DNA of 31,021 nucleotides, taken from positions 1-31,021 of the forward strand of contig JBHJGN010000086.1 in the NCBI GenBank assembly GCA_050331735.1, given 5' to 3'. This DNA comes from Cyanophyceae cyanobacterium. Lineage in GTDB: Bacteria; Cyanobacteriota; Cyanobacteriia; Cyanobacteriales; JBHJGN01. Positions 18,031 through 25,725 of this stretch are shown here, piece by piece (the stretch's first letter is position 1; every line of letters starts with the position of its first letter). The notes under the pieces were generated by a model that searched no databases, was not told where the DNA came from, and saw nothing but the letters and a program-made list of their open reading frames with translations. The position numbers and the translations under genes are program-made.

Positions 18031-19107
18031 TCATTGACATAACTGCTTCAAAGATGCTTCCATCACCGCCGTTGTCTGCCCAGATACCGAGAACACGAGC
18101 GCTTCTCGGTAAACACGCCCTGCGGCATGACAGCTAGCATTAGCGGCACCGCTAGACGCAATCACGGCAGCTTGAGTACAGCGTCCAGCTAGGTTAATTG
18201 CTCCAACGCGTAACCTCAGCCGCTGTTCAAAGGATGCTGTTTTGCTCAAAGCCTGAAACATTTGCTGACGGCAGCTTGCTAACTCATGACCCAAAGAGTC
18301 ATAGCACTGCTTAATAGTCCCCAGTCCTTTGGACTGATAAGTGCTTTCGAGGATATCTAGCGCCGCTTGAGCGCACCCAAGCGCAAAAAAACCCTGATTG
18401 AGGACATTTTGGCGATCGCTTGTATAAATTGCTGCTGCTGGTTTAACAGCAACAACCGCAGCATCGGGCAAGAACCAGCCTGCTAAGGTCGCCGATACAG
18501 TATTAGTAGCAGCCATCGCCATTAGCTCCATTGGCGCAGAAAATCGGATCGTGCCTCCATCGTGACTCTCCTGGAAGGGAATCAGGCCATAGACGGCTTC
18601 TCCATTCGGCAACTCAGCGCCAATGATAAAAGCGGTAAAATATCCCCAGCCACTAATCCAGGGAACCTTTCCCTCTAGGAGATATCCTCCCTCCGTCCGC
18701 TTCGCTTCAACAGGCGAACCACCGCGACGACGCAGGTGAGAAAACCCTACTCCCACTAACGGCTTCGCGCTCATTTGAGGAAGATACTGCTGTTTTAACT
18801 CCTCGTTAATCCCGTTAACCAACAAAGCACCAGCACTTTGATGCTGAGTCTGAAGGAAGGCTAGTGCCCCAGAATAGCGGGCCATCATCATTTGAAAAGC
18901 GCGAAAGCTGGTTTCGCTTAGTTCAGAACCGCCCCACCTTTGAGGAACCTTCAGCGCGAGAAGAGAGCGATCGCCCAATCCTTGCAGAGCCTTTTTCAAG
19001 GTTTCTGGCTTACGATCGAGCTGTGCTGCCTGCGGCGCTATTGTCTGTAAATAAGCTTCAGCCGCTTCCAAGAGCTTGTATTCATCCGTTTTTACTTGAC
19101 GTTGCAT
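18031..19107 (-). CDS. Acyl-CoA dehydrogenase-fold flavoprotein
   Basis: LKVPQRWGG, GYLLEGKVPWISG and RVYREALVF motifs. The ATG at 19107 (MQRQ) is preferred over the start at 19194. Confidence 0.82.
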   Translation of the reverse strand: MQRQVKTDEYKLLEAAEAYLQTIAPQAAQLDRKPETLKKALQGLGDRSLLALKVPQRWGGSELSETSFRAFQMMMARYSGALAFLQTQHQSAGALLVNGINEELKQQYLPQMSAKPLVGVGFSHLRRRGGSPVEAKRTEGGYLLEGKVPWISGWGYFTAFIIGAELPNGEAVYGLIPFQESHDGGTIRFSAPMELMAMAATNTVSATLAGWFLPDAAVVAVKPAAAIYTSDRQNVLNQGFFALGCAQAALDILESTYQSKGLGTIKQCYDSLGHELASCRQQMFQALSKTASFEQRLRLRVGAINLAGRCTQAAVIASSGAANASCHAAGRVYREALVFSVSGQTTAVMEASLKQLCQ

Positions 19108-19186
19108 CGATTTAGTTATTGCATGACCAATCAACAATGAACAGTGGTTAATGACCTGATCTGAGCATTGGCCTGTTGTGCCAAGA

Positions 19187-19666
19187 TTAAGCATTGGCAG
19201 AGAGGAACGGCAGACGTTGTGCTAGCGGATCTTTAATCGTTAGCTGCTGTTTTCTGGCCCAATACTCGCTCAAGAAATGAATTTGTCTGAGTCCGACTAC
19301 TAAATTAAGACCGGGCACAAAGATCCACCAAACCACCAGCGGTTCCGGTAATCCTGCTTGGCGGTACAGTTCGTTTACTGTCCGGTACAGGCGAAACTGC
19401 ACAATGTAGATCCATACAACTCCCAGCAGAGAAAACCAGCCAAACCAGCCACCAACGTCCGGGTCAAGCCTCCAAAGCAGTTGAGGAACGGCTACTCCTA
19501 ACACAAACGGAAGTAAACATAACGTCCCCGACCAACCAGTACCTCGGTAGCGGCGGAGTTCTTCTTGGATGATCCACTTGTACCAGCCGTAGTACAGCAT
19601 GGCCGTGGCAACAGAAAAGAGAATGACTTTCCAAAGGGGGCGGGGTTTACCAACAGGATTCAGCAT
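19187..19666 (-). CDS. DUF4234-like membrane protein
   Basis: RPLWKVILFSVATAMLYYGWYKWIIQEEL pattern and about 4 hydrophobic segments. Confidence 0.7.
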   Translation of the reverse strand: MLNPVGKPRPLWKVILFSVATAMLYYGWYKWIIQEELRRYRGTGWSGTLCLLPFVLGVAVPQLLWRLDPDVGGWFGWFSLLGVVWIYIVQFRLYRTVNELYRQAGLPEPLVVWWIFVPGLNLVVGLRQIHFLSEYWARKQQLTIKDPLAQRLPFLSANA

Positions 19667-19688
19667 TGCTCACATCGTCAAAGGAATA

Positions 19689-20147
19689 TCAAACGGCCAC
19701 AATAGAGACAGCGGCATCAAGCAAAACGTTCTGGGATTTAAAGGTGGCAATGAGCTGCTCAATCGCAGATGTACTGCCACTCAGCAGCAAAATTCGTTCT
19801 GGGGAGCCAGAGTCAATTCGATCTACCTGCACACCGTCGCGCTCAAATTCAATCGCTTCAGCGAGTCGAACAATCGCGATCGCCCGCACCTGTGATGAGG
19901 AATAGGGATGCACCGCAACTTGCTCGACCGACGCTAGCCTTTCCAAAGTCCGTAGCAGTAACTCTTGCTTGCGCTGAGTGGCCCGAAAGCAAAGCACAAA
20001 GCGCCCCGATTCTACTTCAACGAGAGTCCCGCCGCCGCCAAAAATCGTTTCTAACGAGACCCCCCGATGGGAAAACACCGCTGTTGCTGCCGTCAACACT
20101 CCCGCCCGGTCTTGAGATTTAATTGTAAACACCCAGCGCTGTTCCAT
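19689..20147 (-). CDS. ACT-domain protein resembling the acetolactate synthase regulatory subunit (IlvH/IlvN-like)
   Basis: FTIKSQDRAGVLTAATAVFSHRGVSLETI parallels the IlvH start (VLVENxxGVLxRxxGLFSRRGxNI). Second-domain RAIAIVRL parallels RELxLVKV; 152 aa; GAGAGGA ribosome binding site. Confidence 0.75.
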   Translation of the reverse strand: MEQRWVFTIKSQDRAGVLTAATAVFSHRGVSLETIFGGGGTLVEVESGRFVLCFRATQRKQELLLRTLERLASVEQVAVHPYSSSQVRAIAIVRLAEAIEFERDGVQVDRIDSGSPERILLLSGSTSAIEQLIATFKSQNVLLDAAVSIVAV

Positions 20148-20173
20148 GCCAGTCCTCTCCTAACCAGAAAATC

Positions 20174-21229
20174 TTACCGCTCTGTCCATTGCTGAAGCTT
20201 CAACTTAAGGCGATCACTCTGGCGCTTGAGAAGCCTTACTTCGTCCTCCCACAATTCTAAAGGAACCACCTGAGTCCAGCCAAACGGCGTGACCACAATT
20301 GGAACTCCAAAAGGTTCACGAAGGTCGTAAAATTCTCCGTCTAGCTTCACCTGTCCCGACACCACGATCTCTTGTCCTTCCATCAGATGACGGACTAAGT
20401 TGACAGTTACATTGGCAGTAGCGCTAATCGTTTTAGCCCCAGACATTTGAGTAACAAACGGTTTCAACACTACTCGTAAATCCGGAGGTAAACTATCAAC
20501 GTATCGATAGGCCTCCTGAATATTTTCGGCTTTCAAATAGTCAAACACCGTCTGTTTGACCTGACGGATCTCTTCCGGAAACTGGTCAATGCTGCGTCTT
20601 CGGACTTGCTCGATGGTCCTCGTTAACTCTTCGCTATCGAAGCCATAGATTCTGACGCTACTCCACAAAGGCACCATCCCTTCGCCGTGTTCGCCAACCA
20701 CAAACCCCTGAACAAGCTGCCGCCGTACGCCTAAATCTCTGGCAATCTCGCGTCGGAAGCGCAGGGAATCAGAGTAAGCCCCAATGCCAATCACGCGCTG
20801 TCTGCCTAAATAGCGGCTAAACACGTCTACGGCTAACTCGACCGGATTGGTGACAATCAAAATAATCTCTTGACCGTGACCGTAGTGTGCGATCGCGGCG
20901 GCGTAGCGGTGAAATAGCGGTAAGTTAGACGCTACTAGCTCGTCCCGCGATGTGGCTTTGCCGTCAGCAGAAAGCGTGGCTCCCGCACAGAACACAACGA
21001 TATCGCCAACGACTTCCTCTGGATGCAGTGCCACATCAAAGTGAGGAGCGACTTCTGCATAAGCATCTTCCAAGTCGCTCCTCAGTCCGTATAGGCTCCT
21101 CGCACTTTTCCCTTGCGCTCGGCCAACTAGCTGTAGACGTTCGGTCGGAGCCAGAACCCGAAAATCTAGGAGTTGAGAGACAATTTCTCGTCCGCAGTCT
21201 CCGCTAGCACCAACAACAGAAACATCCAT
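20174..21229 (-). CDS. Lactate/malate dehydrogenase superfamily protein with atypical specificity loop
   Basis: VVGASGDCG, CAGA...SRDEL..N, VTNPVE, DSLRFR and VVGEHGE motifs. Confidence 0.88.
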   Translation of the reverse strand: MDVSVVGASGDCGREIVSQLLDFRVLAPTERLQLVGRAQGKSARSLYGLRSDLEDAYAEVAPHFDVALHPEEVVGDIVVFCAGATLSADGKATSRDELVASNLPLFHRYAAAIAHYGHGQEIILIVTNPVELAVDVFSRYLGRQRVIGIGAYSDSLRFRREIARDLGVRRQLVQGFVVGEHGEGMVPLWSSVRIYGFDSEELTRTIEQVRRRSIDQFPEEIRQVKQTVFDYLKAENIQEAYRYVDSLPPDLRVVLKPFVTQMSGAKTISATANVTVNLVRHLMEGQEIVVSGQVKLDGEFYDLREPFGVPIVVTPFGWTQVVPLELWEDEVRLLKRQSDRLKLKLQQWTER

Positions 21230-21276
21230 TGCCCTCAGTCGGTGAATGTACTACCACTGCTACCTCAAAAAAGCTA

Positions 21277-21324
21277 TCCTCAACGTTTCGCCGCAGTTTC
21301 CTCCGGCGGCTGCGTTGAGCTAGC
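21277..21324 (-). terminator. Terminator- or attenuator-like hairpin upstream of the dehydrogenase
   Basis: Minus strand AGCTA-G-CTCAACG-CA-GCCGC...GCGGC-GAAA-CGTTGAG-GA-TAGCT ending in a run of six T. Confidence 0.6.
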
Positions 21325-21356
21325 TCAATCTTAACAGTCTCATTTTCTACCAGCAG

Positions 21357-21434
21357 TCAGTCACAATACAAAACGCTCGGCTGAGCACTGCACCAGAGCC
21401 AGGAGGAGCGAATGACAAGCACAATAGTCAGCAT
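21357..21434 (-). other. Candidate Ile/Leu/Val-rich leader peptide MLTIVLVIRSSWLWCSAQPSVLYCD
   Basis: Six of codons 2-8 encode L/I/V. It lies between the chrA stop and the hairpin; there is no strong ribosome binding site. Confidence 0.4.
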
Positions 21435-21451
21435 CCGGCGTTTGACTGCTG

Positions 21452-22660
21452 CTATAGCAGGCCCACCAGTAGTCCCAACACCGCTCCCATCGGTACTAAC
21501 TGCCAGGTTGGGGTTTTGTAACGCAGCAGAGCAATCAAAGCCACTAGAAAAATAGCCACCGCGCCGACAGACTGGAGCAGGCTTTCCTGAATCAAAGCCG
21601 TTTGCGCTAAAGGAATAGCAGCGGCGGCGATCGCTCCGAGGACAGCCGGGGTGACTCCCCGTAAAAACCCCTTGACCCACGGGTTCTGCCGAATCCTTAG
21701 CAGCAGAGGAGCCGCCAGCATAATAAAGGCAAAGGATGGGGTAAAAATGGCGATCGCCGACACCAGTGCACCTAACACCCCAGCAACCTTGTAGCCCACA
21801 AAGGCAGACGTGAGCACCACCGGACCTGGACTCAGTTGCCCAATCGCCACACCATTAATAAACTCACTGCGAGTCAGCCAGTTTAACTGTTCGACAATCT
21901 CAAACTCTAGCAGCGGAATAATCACCAGTCCACCGCCAAAGATAAAGCTGCCCACCTTGAGAAAAAACAGCGTTAGCGGCACCAAAAATTCTCGAATCCG
22001 CTCTACTCCCCAAAAGCTAGAGAGAGACAGAGTGCCAGTGGGAAGTTCTCCGAGCAACAGGGGAAGAGGGAGCAGCCATCCTGAAGTCGGAGAACGCTGA
22101 GGACCAAAGTAGACTAAGCCAATCAGGCCCGCAATGATGAACTGCGCCAGCACATTGACGCCAAACAGCAGCGTCACGGCCAAAACCGCCACGGTGATCG
22201 CTACCCCCACCCAATCTTTGATCGCCTTTTTGCCCAGCTTCCAGCAAAAGCCGAGAATAATCGCAATTACTACGGGAGAGATTCCCAAAAATAGAGCCTC
22301 TACCTGCGGCAGATCTTGAAAACGGAAATAGCCCCAGGAAAGCGCCAGCACAATCAAAAAAGCCGGACTGATAAAGCAAATTCCAGCTACCAAGGCTCCC
22401 CAAGGCCCGCCGTAAACGTAACCGGCATAGATTCCCATCTGAGTAGAAGCTGGACCCGGCAGCATTTCGCAAACGGCTAGCCCTTCGGTAAACTGCTCTT
22501 GGGTGAACCAGTTGCGTCGCACTACCGCCTCATTGTTGATCATGGCAATGTGGGCCTGGGGTCCGCCAAAGCCGATTACCCCCAGCTTCAGAAACAGTTG
22601 CGCTAGTTCCTGGAGTCGATGCGCTAATGGAGGATGGTCAGCGCCCGAGTGTTTCTGCAT
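21452..22660 (-). CDS. chrA: Chromate ion transporter (CHR family, long chain)
   Basis: FLKLGVIGFGGP, MLPGP, FLKVGSFIFGGG and QLSPGP motifs across two homologous halves. The ATG at 22660 is preferred. Confidence 0.9.
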   Translation of the reverse strand: MQKHSGADHPPLAHRLQELAQLFLKLGVIGFGGPQAHIAMINNEAVVRRNWFTQEQFTEGLAVCEMLPGPASTQMGIYAGYVYGGPWGALVAGICFISPAFLIVLALSWGYFRFQDLPQVEALFLGISPVVIAIILGFCWKLGKKAIKDWVGVAITVAVLAVTLLFGVNVLAQFIIAGLIGLVYFGPQRSPTSGWLLPLPLLLGELPTGTLSLSSFWGVERIREFLVPLTLFFLKVGSFIFGGGLVIIPLLEFEIVEQLNWLTRSEFINGVAIGQLSPGPVVLTSAFVGYKVAGVLGALVSAIAIFTPSFAFIMLAAPLLLRIRQNPWVKGFLRGVTPAVLGAIAAAAIPLAQTALIQESLLQSVGAVAIFLVALIALLRYKTPTWQLVPMGAVLGLLVGLL

Positions 22661-22800
22661 GGACTGCTCGCTCAAGCTTCTAGCAATATCAACTGTATTA
22701 TACTGGGGAAGAATTAAGTCCAGATTAACTAGCTCGACACATCTCAACCTGCGGTTTTTTGTCGAGCGCACGCGGTTTTAACTAGGCAGGATAGATTGGT

Positions 22801-24333
22801 ATGCGACGACGAAACGTGTTACTCGGAGCGGCTGCCCTCACGGGATTCGCCTTAACCCCTCTGCAATCGTGTCGGCGCTCAACCTCTCACCCGCAGTTCG
22901 CGGACTATCCCTTTAGCCTCGGCGTTGCTTCTGGCGAGCCCCGTCCCCATAGCGTGGTGCTGTGGACGCGCTTGGCTCCCAATCCCCTCGAACCCGTTAG
23001 CGTACCGTCAGTGGATATTCCGGTGCGGTGGCAGATGGCGGCTGACGAGCGCATGAGCCAAGTAGTGGCCAAGGGAGAAGCGATCGCCTCTCCTCAATTC
23101 GCTCATTCAGTTCACGTCCTCGCTGAAGGGCTAGAGCCGCAGCGCTGGTACTGGTATCAGTTTAAGGTGGGGAACGAACTCAGCCCGATTGGTCGCACTC
23201 GTACCGCCCCGGCTGCTAATGCCGCCGTGGAGCGCTTAGCGTTTGCCTTTGCTAACTGCCAAAATTGGCAGGCGGGTTACTACCCCGCCCACAGGCACCT
23301 CGCCCAGGAAGACCTCGATTTTGTGGTCTTTCTCGGAGACTATATCTATGAAGGAGGACCGCAAGGGGATGCACCCCGCCAGCACAACGGTTCGGAATGT
23401 GTTTCGTTAGCAGACTACCGCCGTCGCTACGCGTTGTATAAATCCGATCCCGATCTTCAGGCAGCCCATGCAGCGTTTCCCTGGATTGTGACCTGGGACG
23501 ACCACGAGGTAGACAGTAACTACGCTAATTTCCATCCAGAAGACCAACAGAGTCGGCAGGAGTTTCTCCGCCGCCGCGCCAACGCCTACCAAGCATACTA
23601 CGAACATATGCCGCTACGTCCCGTATCGGATTCGTTTGCAGAGTTGCGCCTCTATCGGCGCTTTTCCTTTGGCAATCTTGCCCAGCTTAACGTTCTCGAT
23701 ACTCGTCAGTACCGGACAGATCAACCCTGCGGTGATGGCCCCAAACCCCGCTGCCCAGAAGCGTTCGCTCCGACCGCAACGATGATGGGGGCTGAGCAGG
23801 AGCGCTGGCTGATGCAGGGAATAGCCGAATCTCCAGCGCAGTGGAACGCGATCGCTCAACAAACCATGATGGCTCAATTTGCCTTTGAAATTCTTTCCGG
23901 AGAGTCAGCCTTTAACCTCGATCAGTGGGATGGCTACGTAGCTGAGCGCGATCGCCTCTTGAAGTTTTTCGCTCAGCAGCCGGCTCGTCCGATTGTGATT
24001 ACTGGCGATATTCACTCTAGCTGGGTTAATCAGCTTAAAGCCGATTTTAATAATCCTCGTTCAGCAATCGTCGCCACGGAATTTGTCAGTCCGTCTGTTT
24101 CCTCTTTGTTTCCCGCTGAGTACGTTCCGATTGTCCGAGCATTCTTGGAAAACAATTCCCACATCAAATTCTTTGATGGCGGCTTCCACGGCTATGTTCG
24201 CGCTCACCTAGATCGACAGCGCTGGCAGAGCGATTACCGGGTCGTTACTAGCATCCTTGACCCCGATGCCGCTATGCAAACCTTGGTTTCCTTTGTTGTC
24301 GAAGATGGACAACCAGAGGTTCAGCAGCTCTAG
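22801..24333 (+). CDS. phoD: Alkaline phosphatase D family protein, Tat-exported
   Basis: MRRRNVL Tat signal; FSLGVASGEP, LGDYIYE, WDDHEV, LDTRQYR, DQWDGY and TGDIH motifs. Confidence 0.93.
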   Translation: MRRRNVLLGAAALTGFALTPLQSCRRSTSHPQFADYPFSLGVASGEPRPHSVVLWTRLAPNPLEPVSVPSVDIPVRWQMAADERMSQVVAKGEAIASPQFAHSVHVLAEGLEPQRWYWYQFKVGNELSPIGRTRTAPAANAAVERLAFAFANCQNWQAGYYPAHRHLAQEDLDFVVFLGDYIYEGGPQGDAPRQHNGSECVSLADYRRRYALYKSDPDLQAAHAAFPWIVTWDDHEVDSNYANFHPEDQQSRQEFLRRRANAYQAYYEHMPLRPVSDSFAELRLYRRFSFGNLAQLNVLDTRQYRTDQPCGDGPKPRCPEAFAPTATMMGAEQERWLMQGIAESPAQWNAIAQQTMMAQFAFEILSGESAFNLDQWDGYVAERDRLLKFFAQQPARPIVITGDIHSSWVNQLKADFNNPRSAIVATEFVSPSVSSLFPAEYVPIVRAFLENNSHIKFFDGGFHGYVRAHLDRQRWQSDYRVVTSILDPDAAMQTLVSFVVEDGQPEVQQL

Positions 24334-24335
24334 GG

Positions 24336-24367
24336 GAAGCGCCGGGGGCGCGGGAAAGGGGCAAAGG
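24336..24367 (+). repeat. Short dispersed repeat: GCGCC hairpin plus GGGAAAGGG tract
   Basis: GAAGCGCCGGGGGCGCGGGAAAGGGGCAAAGG; related copies at 24756-24789 (+) and about 6556-6608 (-). Confidence 0.65.
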
Positions 24368-24511
24368 AAAAGATTGTTGAGTTTTTTCTGAGGGCTCTTT
24401 GTCAGACTATCAACTGTAAGTCAATTGCACAGAAAGAGGACAGGGTAGCAAACTGCAAACTAGTGAGCGTCAAGTCTTTTACTCCTGACGTTTGAACCAA
24501 AATTTCGCTGC

Positions 24512-24547
24512 GAAGCACAATTTTGAGCAAGCTCAAAATTGTGCTTC
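24512..24547. terminator. Perfect 17-bp inverted repeat downstream of petG
   Basis: GAAGCACAATTTTGAGC-AA-GCTCAAAATTGTGCTTC, 7 nt past the petG stop. Confidence 0.7.
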
Positions 24548-24554
24548 ATAAAGG

Positions 24555-24671
24555 CTAGTCTACGCCTAGCTGATTGCCACGCTTGTACTGTAAATAAGCA
24601 GCAACAAACAGTCCAGCTAGCGTAACCGGAATCAAGCCTAAAACAATTCCCAACAAGATTGGTTCAATCAC
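24555..24671 (-). CDS. petG: Cytochrome b6f complex subunit V (missed by the ORF track)
   Basis: GTG start; (M)[37 protein letters not shown], 38 aa; AAGGGA ribosome binding site; divergent from cytM. Confidence 0.96.
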   Translation of the reverse strand: MIEPILLGIVLGLIPVTLAGLFVAAYLQYKRGNQLGVD

Positions 24672-24755
24672 AGTATTTTTCCCTTGACGATTTGCCTAAA
24701 CTCTATCCTACTCGATTCAGGGATAGGGAAAGCAGCTTTCGCTGCTGGGAAGATA

Positions 24756-24984
24756 AAGCGCCGCAGGCGCGGGGAAAAGGGCAAAGGGGAAGGGGGAAAG
24801 GACTTGACAGTTATCAGTTAACAGTGATCAACTCAGCTAGTTAGTTTGGTCACTGATCGCTGTTCACTGTTTCCCCTTTTCCCGTCCCGGAGGGACAAAT
24901 TTCCCTTTTCCCTTTCCCCTGGTCGCGTTCGCGTAGCGTCTCCGTAGGAGAAGCGACTTACCATTTCCCCGTCCCGCACCGAAC
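24756..24984. repeat. Nested composite repeat: inverted purine/pyrimidine tracts, inverted heptamer arrays and an SDR-like insert
   Basis: GGGGAAAAGGG tracts, then CAGTTAT/CAGTTAA/CAGTGAT, then the inverse CACTGAT/CGCTGTT/CACTGTT, then CCCCTTTTCCC tracts, then GTTCGCGTAGCGTCTCCGTAGGAGAAG at 24927-24953. Confidence 0.75.
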
Positions 24985-25127
24985 TATACTTATCTATTTT
25001 GATTGTGAGCGCCAATCTACACAAATATAAATAAATCTGGTAGAAATGTTACATCTTTTCAACCAAGGTAGCATTCATCAGCAGGATTGTTGCAAAATGT
25101 AAATAAAGCCGAGTGTAAAGCTGATTA

Positions 25128-25544
25128 GTGGAAAAGCAAATTGCCCAACCAAACGACATGGCGCAACGCAAACAGCTCACGGACCAGAATATTCTGGGAG
25201 CGCTATCTCAAGTGACCGTGGCTGTGATCGCTATTGTGCTGATTGCACTCGTGATTGTACTAGGAATTCATGTCTATCGCAGGTCCAATCCCTATATTCA
25301 AGAAGTGCTCTCTCTGAGCGGGGATGTTCAGAGAGGGCATCAAATTTTTCAGATTAACTGTGCTGGCTGTCATGGCCTGCAAGCTGATGGCAATGTGGGA
25401 CCAAGTTTACAGGACATTCATAAGCGTAAATCTAAAGTTGGTTTGATTGAACAGGTTGTAAGCGGGAGAACGCCGCCGATGCCTAAATTTCAACCGAATA
25501 GCCAAGAAATGGCAGATTTGTTGAGCTATTTAGAGAAACTCTAG
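25128..25544 (+). CDS. cytM: Cytochrome cM
   Basis: N-terminal TM helix, CAGCH heme motif, VGPSL and TPPMPKFQP; adjacent to petG. Start may be the ATG at 25158. Confidence 0.88.
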   Translation: MEKQIAQPNDMAQRKQLTDQNILGALSQVTVAVIAIVLIALVIVLGIHVYRRSNPYIQEVLSLSGDVQRGHQIFQINCAGCHGLQADGNVGPSLQDIHKRKSKVGLIEQVVSGRTPPMPKFQPNSQEMADLLSYLEKL

Positions 25545-25725
25545 CACTGACGGGGCGAACAGTAGCGGTCATGCCTGAACCTGTTTTTTCTGTCTGTTAG
25601 CCCGCTCGTCCCTAAAATTGTGTTGATGGCGAGGAAAAAATGCCGTTATCCTGTTGAGGAAAATCCTCTCCGAATGGTTAGGTCAGGGATTGCTAAAATA
25701 CATTAGATAGAGTAACGGTAGATTA

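Noticed and set aside
24659..25024. ORFs 24659..24844 and 24833..25024
   Set aside because: Both are translations of the G/A-rich and heptamer repeats, and the first overlaps the petG start.
25020..25127. NtcA or RpaB (HLR1) sites upstream of cytM
   Set aside because: GTAGAAATGTTAC has a 7-nt rather than 8-nt spacer, and the HLR1-like half-sites are wrongly spaced.
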